Assembly: GCF_001194135.2 (NCBI RefSeq)
Contig: NC_068981.1
Location: 177,911,942 to 177,975,941, forward strand
Source: Octopus bimaculoides
Taxonomy: Eukaryota
Length of the DNA stretch: 64,000 bases
Direction of reading: 5' to 3'
Below are positions 12,651 to 24,379 of the stretch, piece after piece. The number at the start of each line of letters is the position of its first letter. The stretch's first letter is position 1. Under the pieces are notes generated by a model. The model was given only the letters and a program-made list of their open reading frames with translations, ran no database searches and was not told where the DNA came from. A program made the translations under genes and the position numbers.

Positions 12651-12698
12651 GCAACCAGTACAAATGGACCGCCAAACGAAACCTGCTGTATTCTATAG
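12651..12698 (+). CDS. terminal coding exon of gene A: ATSTNGPPNETCCIL* (C-terminal CaaX prenylation motif)
   Basis: Strong acceptor TTTTTTTTTCATGTCCTCTGAACAG|. The phase-0 frame ends exactly in Cys-Cys-Ile-Leu-stop, followed by AT-rich UTR-like sequence with several AATAAA (first clear one at 13329). Confidence 0.6.
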   Translation, partial: ATSTNGPPNETCCIL

Positions 12699-13472
12699 GA
12701 TTCTTCTATTGAAACATCTAACCAATTTCATTATTCTGATTCCAAAGAGACAAACCTTACACAAGCATGTGTAAATGTGTCTGCATGAATCACCTCCTAC
12801 TCAATCCTCTACATATTTTTACAATAAGGATGTAAATGTGACTAATGAAAAACTGTAACCAATTGAATCATATTTTTATATAGAAATCTAAAACAAACAA
12901 AATTTAAAAGAATGTTACACAAGTAATATGGGTGGTAAAATAGGATGAGGTATCCAAAAGATGTTTCGATATTCCGTAAATCAGAGTAAATAACGACTAA
13001 TAATGAAACTTTTTGCATAAGCCCGTTATACACAATGTAATTTGAACAACACAATACGAGTAGAGTGAGAAAAGAAGACATGTTTGGTGTGTTGTAATAA
13101 TCTAAACACTGGTCAAATACTCTATTTACTAGTATCTTGTTAACATTCATTTTTTAGATTAAGAAGCATGCTTTTCAGAAACCAGGAACAACCTAAAACT
13201 ATTGTTAACTTTTCAAACAAGACAAACATAAGAGCTATTTAATAATGTTATGGCGCATAAAGAAATCGTTGTACAAGTCGTAGTTAGACTTTTTTTCTTT
13301 AAAAAATACAAAACAAAATTTACTTGATAATAAAATAGTGTACAACGATAGTGCTAATTTCAGATAGGTTTGCTTAATCGTATATAGACAAATAAGCCAA
13401 ATAAGTTTTCCATTAAAAATGATATTCTATCTCCCACTCTTTTATGTGTATATATATGTGTATATATATATG

Positions 13473-13504
<32 letters not shown>

Positions 13505-15599
13505 AACACGCGCGCGCAATATATATATATATATATATACTAGATTGAAAATATTCACAAAAAATACGAACTGCATCTACTATTAAAAACGACATATTTA
13601 ATAATGAGAAAATATAAACTAATGAAATAATAATATATTAAAGAAGAAATGCGTAAACAATGAATGGCTCCAAATATTTCCGTGAAACAATTGATCGGTA
13701 CCTTGGTATACTGTAACAGCTACTCTAAATATAATTTACCTGAGAATATTGTTTGAATAGATATTTTCCCTTTAAAATGAGGGAAAACATCGCTAAAAAT
13801 CTTACAATATTAATTTGAATTATCAAATTTTCAAGAGTGAGTAAACAATGGATTGAAAGACAGAAAGAACAAAAGGAAAACGAATAAAGGAGTAACGGAG
13901 AAACAAGTTGGAACAACTAAAGAAAAACAGCCGTTATGTTCGGAATATTTGTGAATAAAAGTGAAAATATGACGACTGAAGAGATAATAGGCAAATTAAT
14001 AAGTTTTTGCATTCAATTTATTCGATGACACGAAGATAGTATAAGAAAAGAATGAATGTTGGTTGTAAACAATGAATAAATAAGAATCACACTTCTCCAT
14101 TCTATAAATTTTAACAATAAAAAGTTGTCAATGAACAAATTAAAAAATAACAGATGACAAAAGATGTATTATTCAATGAACGGTATTAAAGTGATGCAGA
14201 CAATAGAACGAGGTTGATTTTTATTGCTTGTTAGTTTTGTTGTTGACGCTTGTTTTTTGTTTTTTTTGTTTGTTTGTTTTTTTGACAAATGGAATCATCA
14301 AATGAAACCTTTATTATATTAAATGAAGCAGTCTAAATACTTTAAAACTAGTACCATGAAAACAAACGTTCTTAAAAAGTTAAATGGGCTGGCTAATTTC
14401 ATAGAAATGTGTAACATCTGACATAGGCTAAGCAAATTAGACAAGAGGGGGGAAATAATGTGATAAGACAGCTACAGTAGATAAAAATAATCAGCTATGT
14501 TCAGGGTTGACAACTAGTTTCTAGGTCAAATAAAAAGAAGTACGAAGAAAAATAGTTTTAATGGGGAAAAACAATCGAAATGCAAAATAGAAAAATACAT
14601 AAACAGTTTATAACAATATCTTCGATGTTGGAGAGAAATATTGAGGACGTCTACAAGAAAACAGTAAATAACAATAAATAAATAAGGGGTATTCTAAAAG
14701 TGAGCGGAAGACGAATAGATCCATTAATCTAAATTAGTGAAGAGCGACGATTTGGAAATAAGATCGGATAAAATAAATATAAATTACTTAGCAATTAATA
14801 GCGTAAATATTAGTTGAGAAACTATCACAGATGCAAATGTTTAACACCCAGACACAAAATAAAACGAGTGAAATCATTGAAAACAATAACAAATGAAACT
14901 GGAAAAAATTAGCATCTAAGATTTCTCAATTTATAGAAATGTTTATAGAGTATATATGAGTACATATATATAACTTCTAGTTATCCCATCAAGTTTGTTG
15001 AGCTAATTACAATGTTGATTTGAGAAAATAAAAGAATTTAAATGGAACCAGAAAAAAAAAGAGAAAGAAAATACACAAGGAGTCCAATAAAAGAAAACAA
15101 ATAAAGAATTGTGGGAAAAGGAGGCTTGGTGAAAAGTAAATAAAAAAGGGGAAATGATGAAAAGAAAGGCTCCATGACACGCAGGCGCAGAACACGGTTT
15201 CGAAGAAGCACATGTTTTCTGGCCAAGGAGGGGACGGAAGAGTCGTAACATCAGAAATCGATTAAGACTAACAAATATAAAATTCTGTGGATGAATAAAT
15301 TTCAATGTAGAAGGAAATAGGAACAAACTAAGCTTTAACCAGAAAGAAATAAAAGCGATATTTTGTATGATTTCAACGGAAGAATAGTTGAAACAAAACC
15401 TGATAAGCATTTTCCCCAACTTCACACGATCCCGCTTATTCTAATATTTACATGACGAATACATATTATAAATTACATTTATTGCAATCTATATGCCTAA
15501 AAGTTATAAAGTTTAACAACTACAGATGAAAACATTAAATAAGGAAGAAAACTTTTACGGCAGCAGCTGTAACTTCGAATGCGACCTAACAAATGTATG

Positions 15600-15640
<41 letters not shown>

Positions 15641-15763
15641 GCCCCTTTGCTGTAAGATCATTAACCGGTATTCAGTGATCAGATAACGTGTTAAGAAAGG
15701 AAACATTAGGAAACCGATTTTAAACAAATGTGTAACTAATAGTGAAAAAAAAAAAGTCCTTAC

Positions 15764-15780
15764 CACGTCGAAATCTTCAT
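15764..15780 (-). other. 3' end of a candidate minus-strand exon with a short ATG-initiated frame (MKIST-)
   Basis: Minus strand reads TTCAATC-ATGAAGATTTCGACGTG|GTAAGG, a strong donor. No convincing downstream coding exon was found. Confidence 0.3.
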
Positions 15781-16229
15781 GATTGAAATTTGTTGTGAAG
15801 ATCCCACCGTAAAATGTCTGTTGTTAGCTGAGTATTTTAAAGTTTCTTTTCTTTCCAAAAATCTTAAATATTAATCCGTTCTGTTGCTTGTTTGGGAAAT
15901 AACATGCAAACACTGCTGTGTTGTATTAACCTTTTCAGGAGTGTTAAGATTATAAATACATGTAATAATAGATATACACGAGTTTGTTATATGTACATAT
16001 AATAAATATTGATATGTGTGTTTATGAAAATATGTGAGCTATAATATATATAGGCTGTTTTGTCTATAGAAATATATATAAATACTTGATGTTGTTTCAA
16101 ATAATTTTTTATAAATAAATATCAAAATATGTATATATAAGAGAGAGAGAGAGAGAGGGTGATAAAAAAAATATATATGAATATATATGTGTGTATATCA
16201 CAAACAACACATACACACACACACACACA

Positions 16230-16841
16230 CACAGAGAAATTGTAATATGATTACTACTCCTACTACTACTGTTATTGAAAGTGTTGCTGCTGTGAGGAGT
16301 AGTACTTGCGTATTGTAGTGTGGAGGAAGGGAGGGAGGGAAAATGAGAAAGCGAAGAAGGGAGGGGAAGGAGAAAAGAAGGAATGAACGAACGAACTAAG
16401 AGGAGACAGAGGAGGCCTTAGCACCTTCGCAACAATGCTATACAGCTTTGTTAATGGCTGATGTACTTCTTGGGTCGTCGCAAAATGCCCTATTCAGCAC
16501 TTCCTACACAATAGTCAGTCGGTGCTGATGAATATTAATCAGGGCTAGGGCTGTGGCCCGAGAATGAGGATATGATAACAAGACAACTATAGCAGCGAGA
16601 CACAGAGAGAGAGAGAGAAAGAAAGGAAGAGAGGCGGCGAAGATAGAGAGGGGGGGAACGACGGCAACAACGGGAGGAGGAGGAGGACGACGATGAAAAC
16701 GTTAGCAGCAGCAGCAGCGGTGGAAGTGCTACATTAGTATGACTGGATAACTAGATTGTTTCTCTCTGGTGGTTAGAAGAATTAAAGCAAATATTTGAAT
16801 AGATTGTGATCTAAGTATGTTAAGAGAAAGAAAAGGCATAA

Positions 16842-16879
<38 letters not shown>

Positions 16880-18070
16880 AGACTACAATAAAGAGGAGAA
16901 AAATCAGGTAACAACTGCAGGTAAATGAGTAAATATAATGTCCCGAATATTAAACAATTAATGCAATGTCTGACAAAACAATTATAAAAATGGAAACAAA
17001 ACAATAAAAATTATCTGCGGAAATATCTAGTTAGATGTAATTTTCAGTTTCTACAAAGGTCATGGATGAAAATTAAAAACAAAACAAAAAATAACTCAAG
17101 GAAAAAAATTAATAAAGTAAACAAAAACGGCGTAAACACGGGGAGAGTGTGTGGGGGTGGGGTTTGAACTTGGAGATGTTTGGAATTTTATTTTGAAAAG
17201 AAATAATGCCATTTGGAAAAGATAAGTGAAATAAATCAATGTTTGAATTAGGGAGTGGGAGAAACGAGCAGCAAATAAAATAGGCGGATGGTTGGAAAAT
17301 ACGAAGAAAGATTGCTGCTAGGGTAAATAAGTACTGTTTACAAACTAAGGACTATTTATAAGGTGAACGATTTTATAGAGCCAACGAGATAAGACAAGCC
17401 TAAACTTGTGGACAATTTTAACGTCTTGTCAGTTTTAATGGTAGAAAAAGGAAAGCCATTTTATACGTTGTTTTACGGGCTTTGCGCCATTAATACATAT
17501 TGCTCTCTTTATTATTTTTTTTCGGTTTTAATATTTGAAATAAAAATAAACTTTAAAAACCTTAGAAGGTAGACGAGACATTTTTTTTTATTAGCAGTGT
17601 ACGAGAAGAGGGAGTGTATGAATAGTTTTCTGATTTGGTGGGGAGGAAGAAAAGTATTAGTAGTTTTTATTAGTAAGAAACTAGTCAGCAAGTACTTTAT
17701 GAATATTAATTTGATTCCCTCGCCCCCGTGTCCCTACCACTACCACCGCTACCATCTGTCTCGCCTCCTCCATTCTCGGTCGGTAAGCGCTGTTCAACAT
17801 CTATCTTCAGTTTTAGCTTCTGTCCTGTCCCAGCAAAGCCCAGTGATCTGCATAGTGTAACAGAGACAATGTTCGAAGTGCAAATAAATAATGTGGATCG
17901 TTGGTTGGTAACTGTGGCCTGTTGCTCCCCCGAGGGAGAGGGAGGGAGAAGAAAGAGATCTGGCACCTCTCCACACACACACACACACAAACGTTGAGGA
18001 GAGAGGGAAGAGAAAGAACGAAATGTAGCGAGTGAAAGGGAGAAAAGGAGAGATAGAGCAATTAAAGAAA
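16230..18070. promoter_or_regulatory. promoter-like core: CpG-retaining, with GA/CT tracts, (CAG)n, poly-A and no recognisable TEs
   Basis: Dense CpG, GA-rich blocks (16330-16410, 16600-16700, 17930-18060), donor sites pointing away on both sides (15763 minus, 17783 plus). Confidence 0.55.
17700..17782 (+). other. candidate non-coding first exon of a + strand transcript (5' boundary unknown)
   Basis: C-rich CpG leader ending TCGGTCG|GTAAGC. Confidence 0.35.
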
Positions 18071-18874
18071 TGTGGAGATAGTGATCAATGTTAACAACTC
18101 ACTACATCGCTTCCTTCACCGATATCATCACCAACAATCAGCTAATAAGTTAATATTACTTATGTAACTGGCTTTCTTTTCTTTTATTACATGTTTCCTT
18201 TTCGCTGGTTTCTGCCTGAGAAAACAGCAGTTTATTTACATCTATTCCTGTTAGAAAGTCACCACAAATCAATAGAGAAGACGACTACCATAAGTTTCTG
18301 ATGAATAACATGCATTAGATTAGCTAATTTTGACAGAATATAACAAAGCTGGCGACATGATGCGTTCGTGGGGGGAAAATAATTATCACGACAGGCATTT
18401 TTGATTTGAAAATTAAAAATGTTAGCTCTGCAAGCTTAGATAAACCCAACAACATATTAGTATGTCAAAGTAAACGTATGCATAAATACGAATATTTGTA
18501 TTTGAATTTGTACATAGATATATAAGTGTTCACGCCTATCTGTGTGTGCACACGAGAAAGAGAGAAGAGATAAAATATTGCTCATTCAGGTGGACTTTGT
18601 GTACGTGTGTGCGCGGCCAGGTATAAAGCTACTCTCGAATGTGAGCTCTTAGAAATAAACATATATCTATATGTAAAGAGGAATGCGCTGTGTGCGTGTG
18701 TGTATACACACAACACACACGCACACACACAACAGCCCCGTTTTGCACCACACTGCTGTTTACATACATGTATTAGTGTGTGTGTATACGCACACACACA
18801 CACAGAGTCGCGCGCAGACATAAATGTACTTATATCACGTATGTTAGACAAACACGCATCAGTGTCGTTCATCT

Positions 18875-19245
18875 ATTTTTATGTTGTTTGTCATTGGACT
18901 ACGGCCATGTTGGAGCACCGCCTTGAAGAATTTCGGTCGCACGAATCGACCCCAGTACATATTTTTTTCTAAGCCTAGGATTTACTCTGTCGGTCTCTTA
19001 CGCCGAACCGCTACATTACGTAGACGCCACCAACTGCGGTTGCACAAACGGTGGTGGTGGTGGGGGGGGGGACAGACAAACACACACACACATACATGAC
19101 AGACTTCTTTCAGTTTCCGTCCATCAAATCCACTCACAAGGTTTTGGTCAGCCCGAGGCTGTACTTCGCAGTGGGAGTGAACCCGGAACTATGTGGTTGC
19201 GAAGCAAATTTCTTACCACACAGCCTGCACCTGCCTATATGTGTG
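18875..19245 (-). mobile_element. SINE family A, diverged but CpG-rich copy
   Basis: Colinear with 37862-38262 (GGCCATGTTGGAGCACCGCC...AAATCCACTCACAAG...TTACCACACAGCC). Confidence 0.75.
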
Positions 19246-20479
19246 TGTGTGTTTAATAAAAAATATTTGGATCTCGGTCAAAATTTTTGACCAAGAGTGT
19301 TCAGTCGTTAGATCAACTGAACTATCAGGCTCGTTCAGTTAGTGTATAAGTGGTTGAGTATTCCACAAACAAGTGTAACTCTTAATGTAATTCTCAAACC
19401 GAATTAGCATGACGCGGGCTTCCATACAGTTTCCATTAGGCCATTACCACTCGTGACACTTGCCCATGATGTGACACTGCAGAATCGAAACTGAGTCCAT
19501 GGTATTGTGAAATGAACTTAAGCATGCGGCCATATATATATACATATATATATATACACACACACACAGTATATATATATATATATATATATATGCGCGA
19601 GTAAGCGCGCGCAGACGAATTGTGTGTGCGTGTGTATAACGTGCTAAACGCACGTAAGCATGTACGATAAAACTGCGCACGCGCGCTTCACATATTTAAA
19701 TATAAAATGACTAATAGATTTGGTATAAAATTTATCAAAACGGATGTTGACTATTTTAGGCTGGGTGTCTGTCTGATTATCTGACGGCAGCGGCAACAGA
19801 AGTAGTTGTAGAGAATGAGAAAAACCTGGTAGTCTTTCTATAATGTTTAGTGGAGTAATTAGAGACGGCAAACATTAACAAATGCTATATAACATGCATA
19901 ATATTTTATAAGCGACGGAAACACAGGCTTCACCGAATTGATTTTCCTCTTACCGCTTGGCTATTTAGCAATCAACGATCACAATAACTTTAGAAGAACA
20001 TCAATTAACATTTAAAAGTACAGTTATAAATTAAATTGGTCTATATTGTTTAAGGAGGGAACTGATATTTTTTTCAGTCACGTCTTGACAATCTGTGTTT
20101 TTTAACTGAATAGTGAAATTAACGATCGATTACATAATCTGTTTGTTTGTTTTTTTTCTTTTTACATGTCGAATACTAGCGATGATGACTATATAAGATC
20201 CCGTATGAAGGTGGATGGGGTTGAAACTTATTTTATCGACCCTCCCGAAACGTAAAATGCGAAGTTGACACGATCTGAACTCAGACCATAAAGAGATATA
20301 ATAAATAACCTGTCATTTTATTTGGTACCCTATTGAATACAGCTAGAGAAATGATTTTTAAGAAGACCACAAATCTGAAGAAAGAAATATAGATTTAATT
20401 TGATTGGTACTTATTTCTTCAACTTCAAAAGAATGAAAGAAACAGTCGATCCTCTACGAGATCGGAACTAATAACATAA

Positions 20480-22871
20480 AGCTCATTTGATCGTTTCTAT
20501 CAGGAATTTGGCCAGATGTGGGTAGTTGACTGTATCGATTCCGGTACTTTGGGAAGCAAAGCTGACCTTGGCAGGGTTTGAAATCTGAACGTAATGACCC
20601 GAAACATACCTCAAATAATCTTCTCTGACGCTACCTTTTTTAATAATGGTTTCAAATTTCGGTACAAGCCAGCAAGTTTGCGGGGAGTGGCTAAGTCGAT
20701 TTTTTTCGACCATATCAACCTCGAAAGGATGAAAGGTAAAGTCGATCCTAGCGGAATTTGGACTCAGAAGGTTAAAACCGGACGAAATGATGATAAACAA
20801 TTCGCCTGGCGTGCTCGCTGCCTTCACATTTCTTAATAATAATTATCTTTAACTTAGGTACAAGGCTCGGCAATTTTGAGGGGAGGGGAAATAGTTGATA
20901 CCATCGACCGCAGTACTTGACTGGTACTTGTAACAATCTCAGAGGAATGAAAAGAAAAGTTGAGCCCCAACAGGATTTGAACTCAGAACATAAAGAGCTG
21001 GAAGAAATACCAAAAGGCATTTTCCCAATGTTCTGAAAGATTCTTCCAGTTCACACCCTAATAATAATAATAATGATAATAAGTAAGTAATTCTAATTTA
21101 GGCGTAAGGCCAGGAACTTTGGACGAGGAGGCTAGTCAATTACATCAACCCCAGTGCTCAACTGGTACTTATTTTATCAACCCTGAAAGGATGACAGGGC
21201 AAAGCTGATCGCATAAGAATTTGAACTCAGAACGTAAAGATGGATGAAATGCAGTGAAGAATGCTAATAATTCTGCAAGTTCACCAACTTAGTAGTAGTA
21301 GTTTCAAATTTTGGTACAAGGCCAGCAATTTCAGGGGTTGGGTAAGTCAGTTACCTCAACCCCAAAAGGGTGCAAGGCAAATTTGAACTCAGAAAATAAA
21401 GATGAAAGAAAAACTGGTAAGCATTTTGGTGGTTTCAAATTTTGGTACAAGACCGGCAAGGGGGTAAGTTGATTACATCAACCCCAGTGCTCAACTGGTA
21501 CTTATTTTATTGACCCCATCCCCAAAAGGATGAAAGCCAAAGTCAGCCACAACAGAATTCAAACTCAGAACAAAAAAGACAAAATGTGCTAATGGTTCTG
21601 CCAGCTCACAAGCTTATAATAATAATAATTCTTTCTTTTGTCTTTTATTTGTTTCAGTCATTTTGACTGCGGCCATGCTGGAGCACTGCCTTTAGTCAAG
21701 CAAATCGAACCCAGGACTTATTCGTTGTAAGCCTAGTACTTATTCTATTAGTCTCTTTTGCCAAACCGCTAAGTTACGGGGACGTAAACACACCAGCATC
21801 GATATCAAGCGATGTTGGTACGGACACACACATATATGACAGGCTTCTTTCAGTTTCCGTCTACCAAATCCACTCACAAGGCTTTGGTCGGCCCGAGGCT
21901 ATAGTAGAAGACACTTGCCCAAGGTGCCATGCAGTGGGACTGAACCTGGCACCATGTGGTTGGTTAGCAAGTTACTTACCACACAGCCACTATAATAATA
22001 ATAATCCTTTCAAGCTAGTTGATTACATCAAATCCAGTACTTGGCTGGTACTTTTTATTTTATTGACCCCAAAAGGATGAAAGGCAAAATTGACTTCAAT
22101 GGCATTAGAGCTCAGAATATAAAGCTAGAAGTGCAGCTAAACATTTTGTTTGGCATGCTAATGATTCTGCCAGCTAGCCACCTTAATAATAATAATAATG
22201 GTTTCAAATACTGGCACAAGGCCAGCATGTTCGGGGGAGGGGGCAAGTTGATTACATCGACTTCAGCACTCAACTGGTACTTATCTTAACGACCCCGAAA
22301 GGCAAAGTCAACCTTAGCAGAATTTGAACTCAGAATGTAAGGACAGATGAAATGCCGCTAAGTACTTTGTGTGACATTCTAACAATTCTGCCAGCTTGCT
22401 ACCTTAACAACAAAACAATGATGATGATGGGTGGTGGTGGTGGTGATGATCCTTTTGACTATAGGCACAAGGCCCTAAATTTTGGAGGTGGGGACTAGTT
22501 GATTACATTGACACCAGTGCTCAACCGGTACTTATTCTAACAACCCCAAAAGGATGAAAGTCTGAGCTGAACTCAGAATGTGAAAACAGACAAAATGCTC
22601 CCAGACATTTAGTCCAGTGTGTTGTTGTTGATGATGATGATAATAATAATAATAATAATCTTTTCCACAATAGGCACAAGGCCTGAAATTTGTGGGGAAG
22701 GGGTAAGTTGATCACATCAACCCCAGTACTTGACTGGTACTTAATTTATCGACCTTGAAAGGATGAAAGGCAAAGTCAACCTTGATGGAATTTGAACTCA
22801 GAACATAAAGACGAGCAAAATACCCCTAAGCATTTTGCCTGGCATGCTAACGATTCTGCCAACTCACCACC

Positions 22872-22937
<66 letters not shown>

Positions 22938-22940
22938 GTT
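20480..22940 (-). mobile_element. head-to-tail array of about 10 family-B SINEs separated by (AAT)n/(GAT)n/(AGT)n
   Basis: Recurring unit of about 130-210 bp (CAAGGCC...GGTACTTATTTTATCGACC...GAATTTGAACTCAGAA...CTGCCAGCTC). The minus-strand head has an A-box-like TGGCAGAATCG and a B-box-like GAGTTCAAATTCC. Confidence 0.85.
21633..21990 (-). mobile_element. SINE family A nested inside the family-B array
   Basis: Near-complete A copy flanked on both sides by TATAATAATAATAAT. Confidence 0.85.
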
Positions 22941-24319
22941 TTCTACATAAAAATGGACATTTGGTTTTTAGAAGTACAAAATAGTTGTGACATGCATTCT
23001 TTAGGCAAATGCCAATGGAGACAGAAAGGTGAGGATTTCAAGGTTTATGCTGTTCAAGTGAATCACACCTATACAACACTAGTATTTATTTCAGTAAAGA
23101 TACAAGGATTGATAGTAAAAACGGTATGAAAGATAAAGTCAAGCTCAAAAACTGCAAGACAAGTCCATAGACCAGCACATAGCAATCAACTTATAAGAGA
23201 AAATTATAGTCAACTGAATTGCATATTACTTATATTTTATCAAAGCCAAACAGAAGAAATGTAGAATCAACTCATAGGGAATTGGAACTTGGGATCAGAG
23301 GATGAAACTAAATAATTAGCAATTCATTTAGCCCAATGTTCTAGTCTCATCAATTGTTTTCTTCACAAGCATAGAGCTCTTTAGGTTTTAGATGTTATTC
23401 AAAACATTACCATTAACTCCTCCAGGTTCATAAAAAAATATGAGCTCAACACAGCTTGCTAAAGAAATACGCTTCAGTTATATATTATCTTATCCCACTC
23501 ACAGCAGCCAAGAGTGGCATGACTCACACTGTGAAGTATGTCTCTCGTTGGCTGTCTTTATCAGGGACACAGCACAGTGCTGTGCTGCAATATGAACTGT
23601 TGACTCTGTGGCCAATAGACCGGTACACTAATGACTAATCAATCAACTAAGTCTTTTCCCCCTAATTAAAACTCAATGTTGAAAGTAACTATCATTAAAA
23701 GTTACATTGACATTCAAGGTCGGGAAGAGTTACAGTCACTGACTGAGACTTCTCTCACGGTTATTAGTTATAGATGTGAGCAGTTATGGATTACGTTTCA
23801 GTCATTAATGGTTGGCAGAGAAGTCATCAAGGGTCACAGTCATTGGATATTGAGGTCACTTATGATTACCAACAACAATCATTTCAGTGTAGTTGCTCTT
23901 AATGTTGATAATGATATGATCAGTGAAGGCTAATGTTTATATCTGTTAAGAGTTATTAGGAAAGATGAGTGTTCTATATCTTTGGATTACAAGTTATTGG
24001 CAAAGCCATATAAAGCTGGATATATAAAACTATTTATGGGACACATATATGCATAATATCACTGATTGTGATGACATATTTCAGAGAAGCTTCAGTCTGC
24101 ATATGAGTTAGTATTGCAAAGGCCATGACAGAAGCTGTTGCACTATCAATTCACTGTCACTAATTCTATTATCACTGTACCAAATTGAACTCGGTATCAA
24201 CAAATTGCAAAATAATTTTATGTTTAGAAAGTACTACGGCATATAGAATATATTATGCATGCTAAAGCTATCAGAAAGGGAATAAATATCATAATTTCCT
24301 GTTTTCCTTCTTGTTGCAG

Positions 24320-24379
24320 CTCATCAAAACAAATCTATATTGTCTGGACAGCAAAAGTGGTAACAGCCAAAGAACGGAA
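24320..24379 (+). other. candidate 60-nt exon (probably UTR)
   Basis: Acceptor TTTCCTGTTTTCCTTCTTGTTGCAG| and donor GAA|GTGAGA; splice-site pattern only. Confidence 0.3.

Noticed and set aside
12669-12688. ACGAAACCTGC resembles the 3' half of miR-981/miR-76
   Set aside because: No seed match, no hairpin, and it lies in the CaaX exon.
15003-15425. Three overlapping minus ORFs (up to 140 aa)
   Set aside because: T/C-rich low complexity suppresses stop codons; the Phe-rich translations are not protein-like.
16492-16530. Short stem TCAGCAC...GTGCTGA as a possible miRNA hairpin
   Set aside because: Only about 7 bp pair and there is no match to conserved miRNAs I know.
17706-18061. Several overlapping GC-rich ORFs of 64-94 aa
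   Set aside because: They start in or run through (GT)n/(CA)n; expected in GC-rich promoter or leader DNA.
20480-22940. Repeat-spacer layout resembling a CRISPR array
   Set aside because: Units are about 200-bp diverged SINEs, the spacers are microsatellites, there are no cas genes, and the DNA is eukaryotic.
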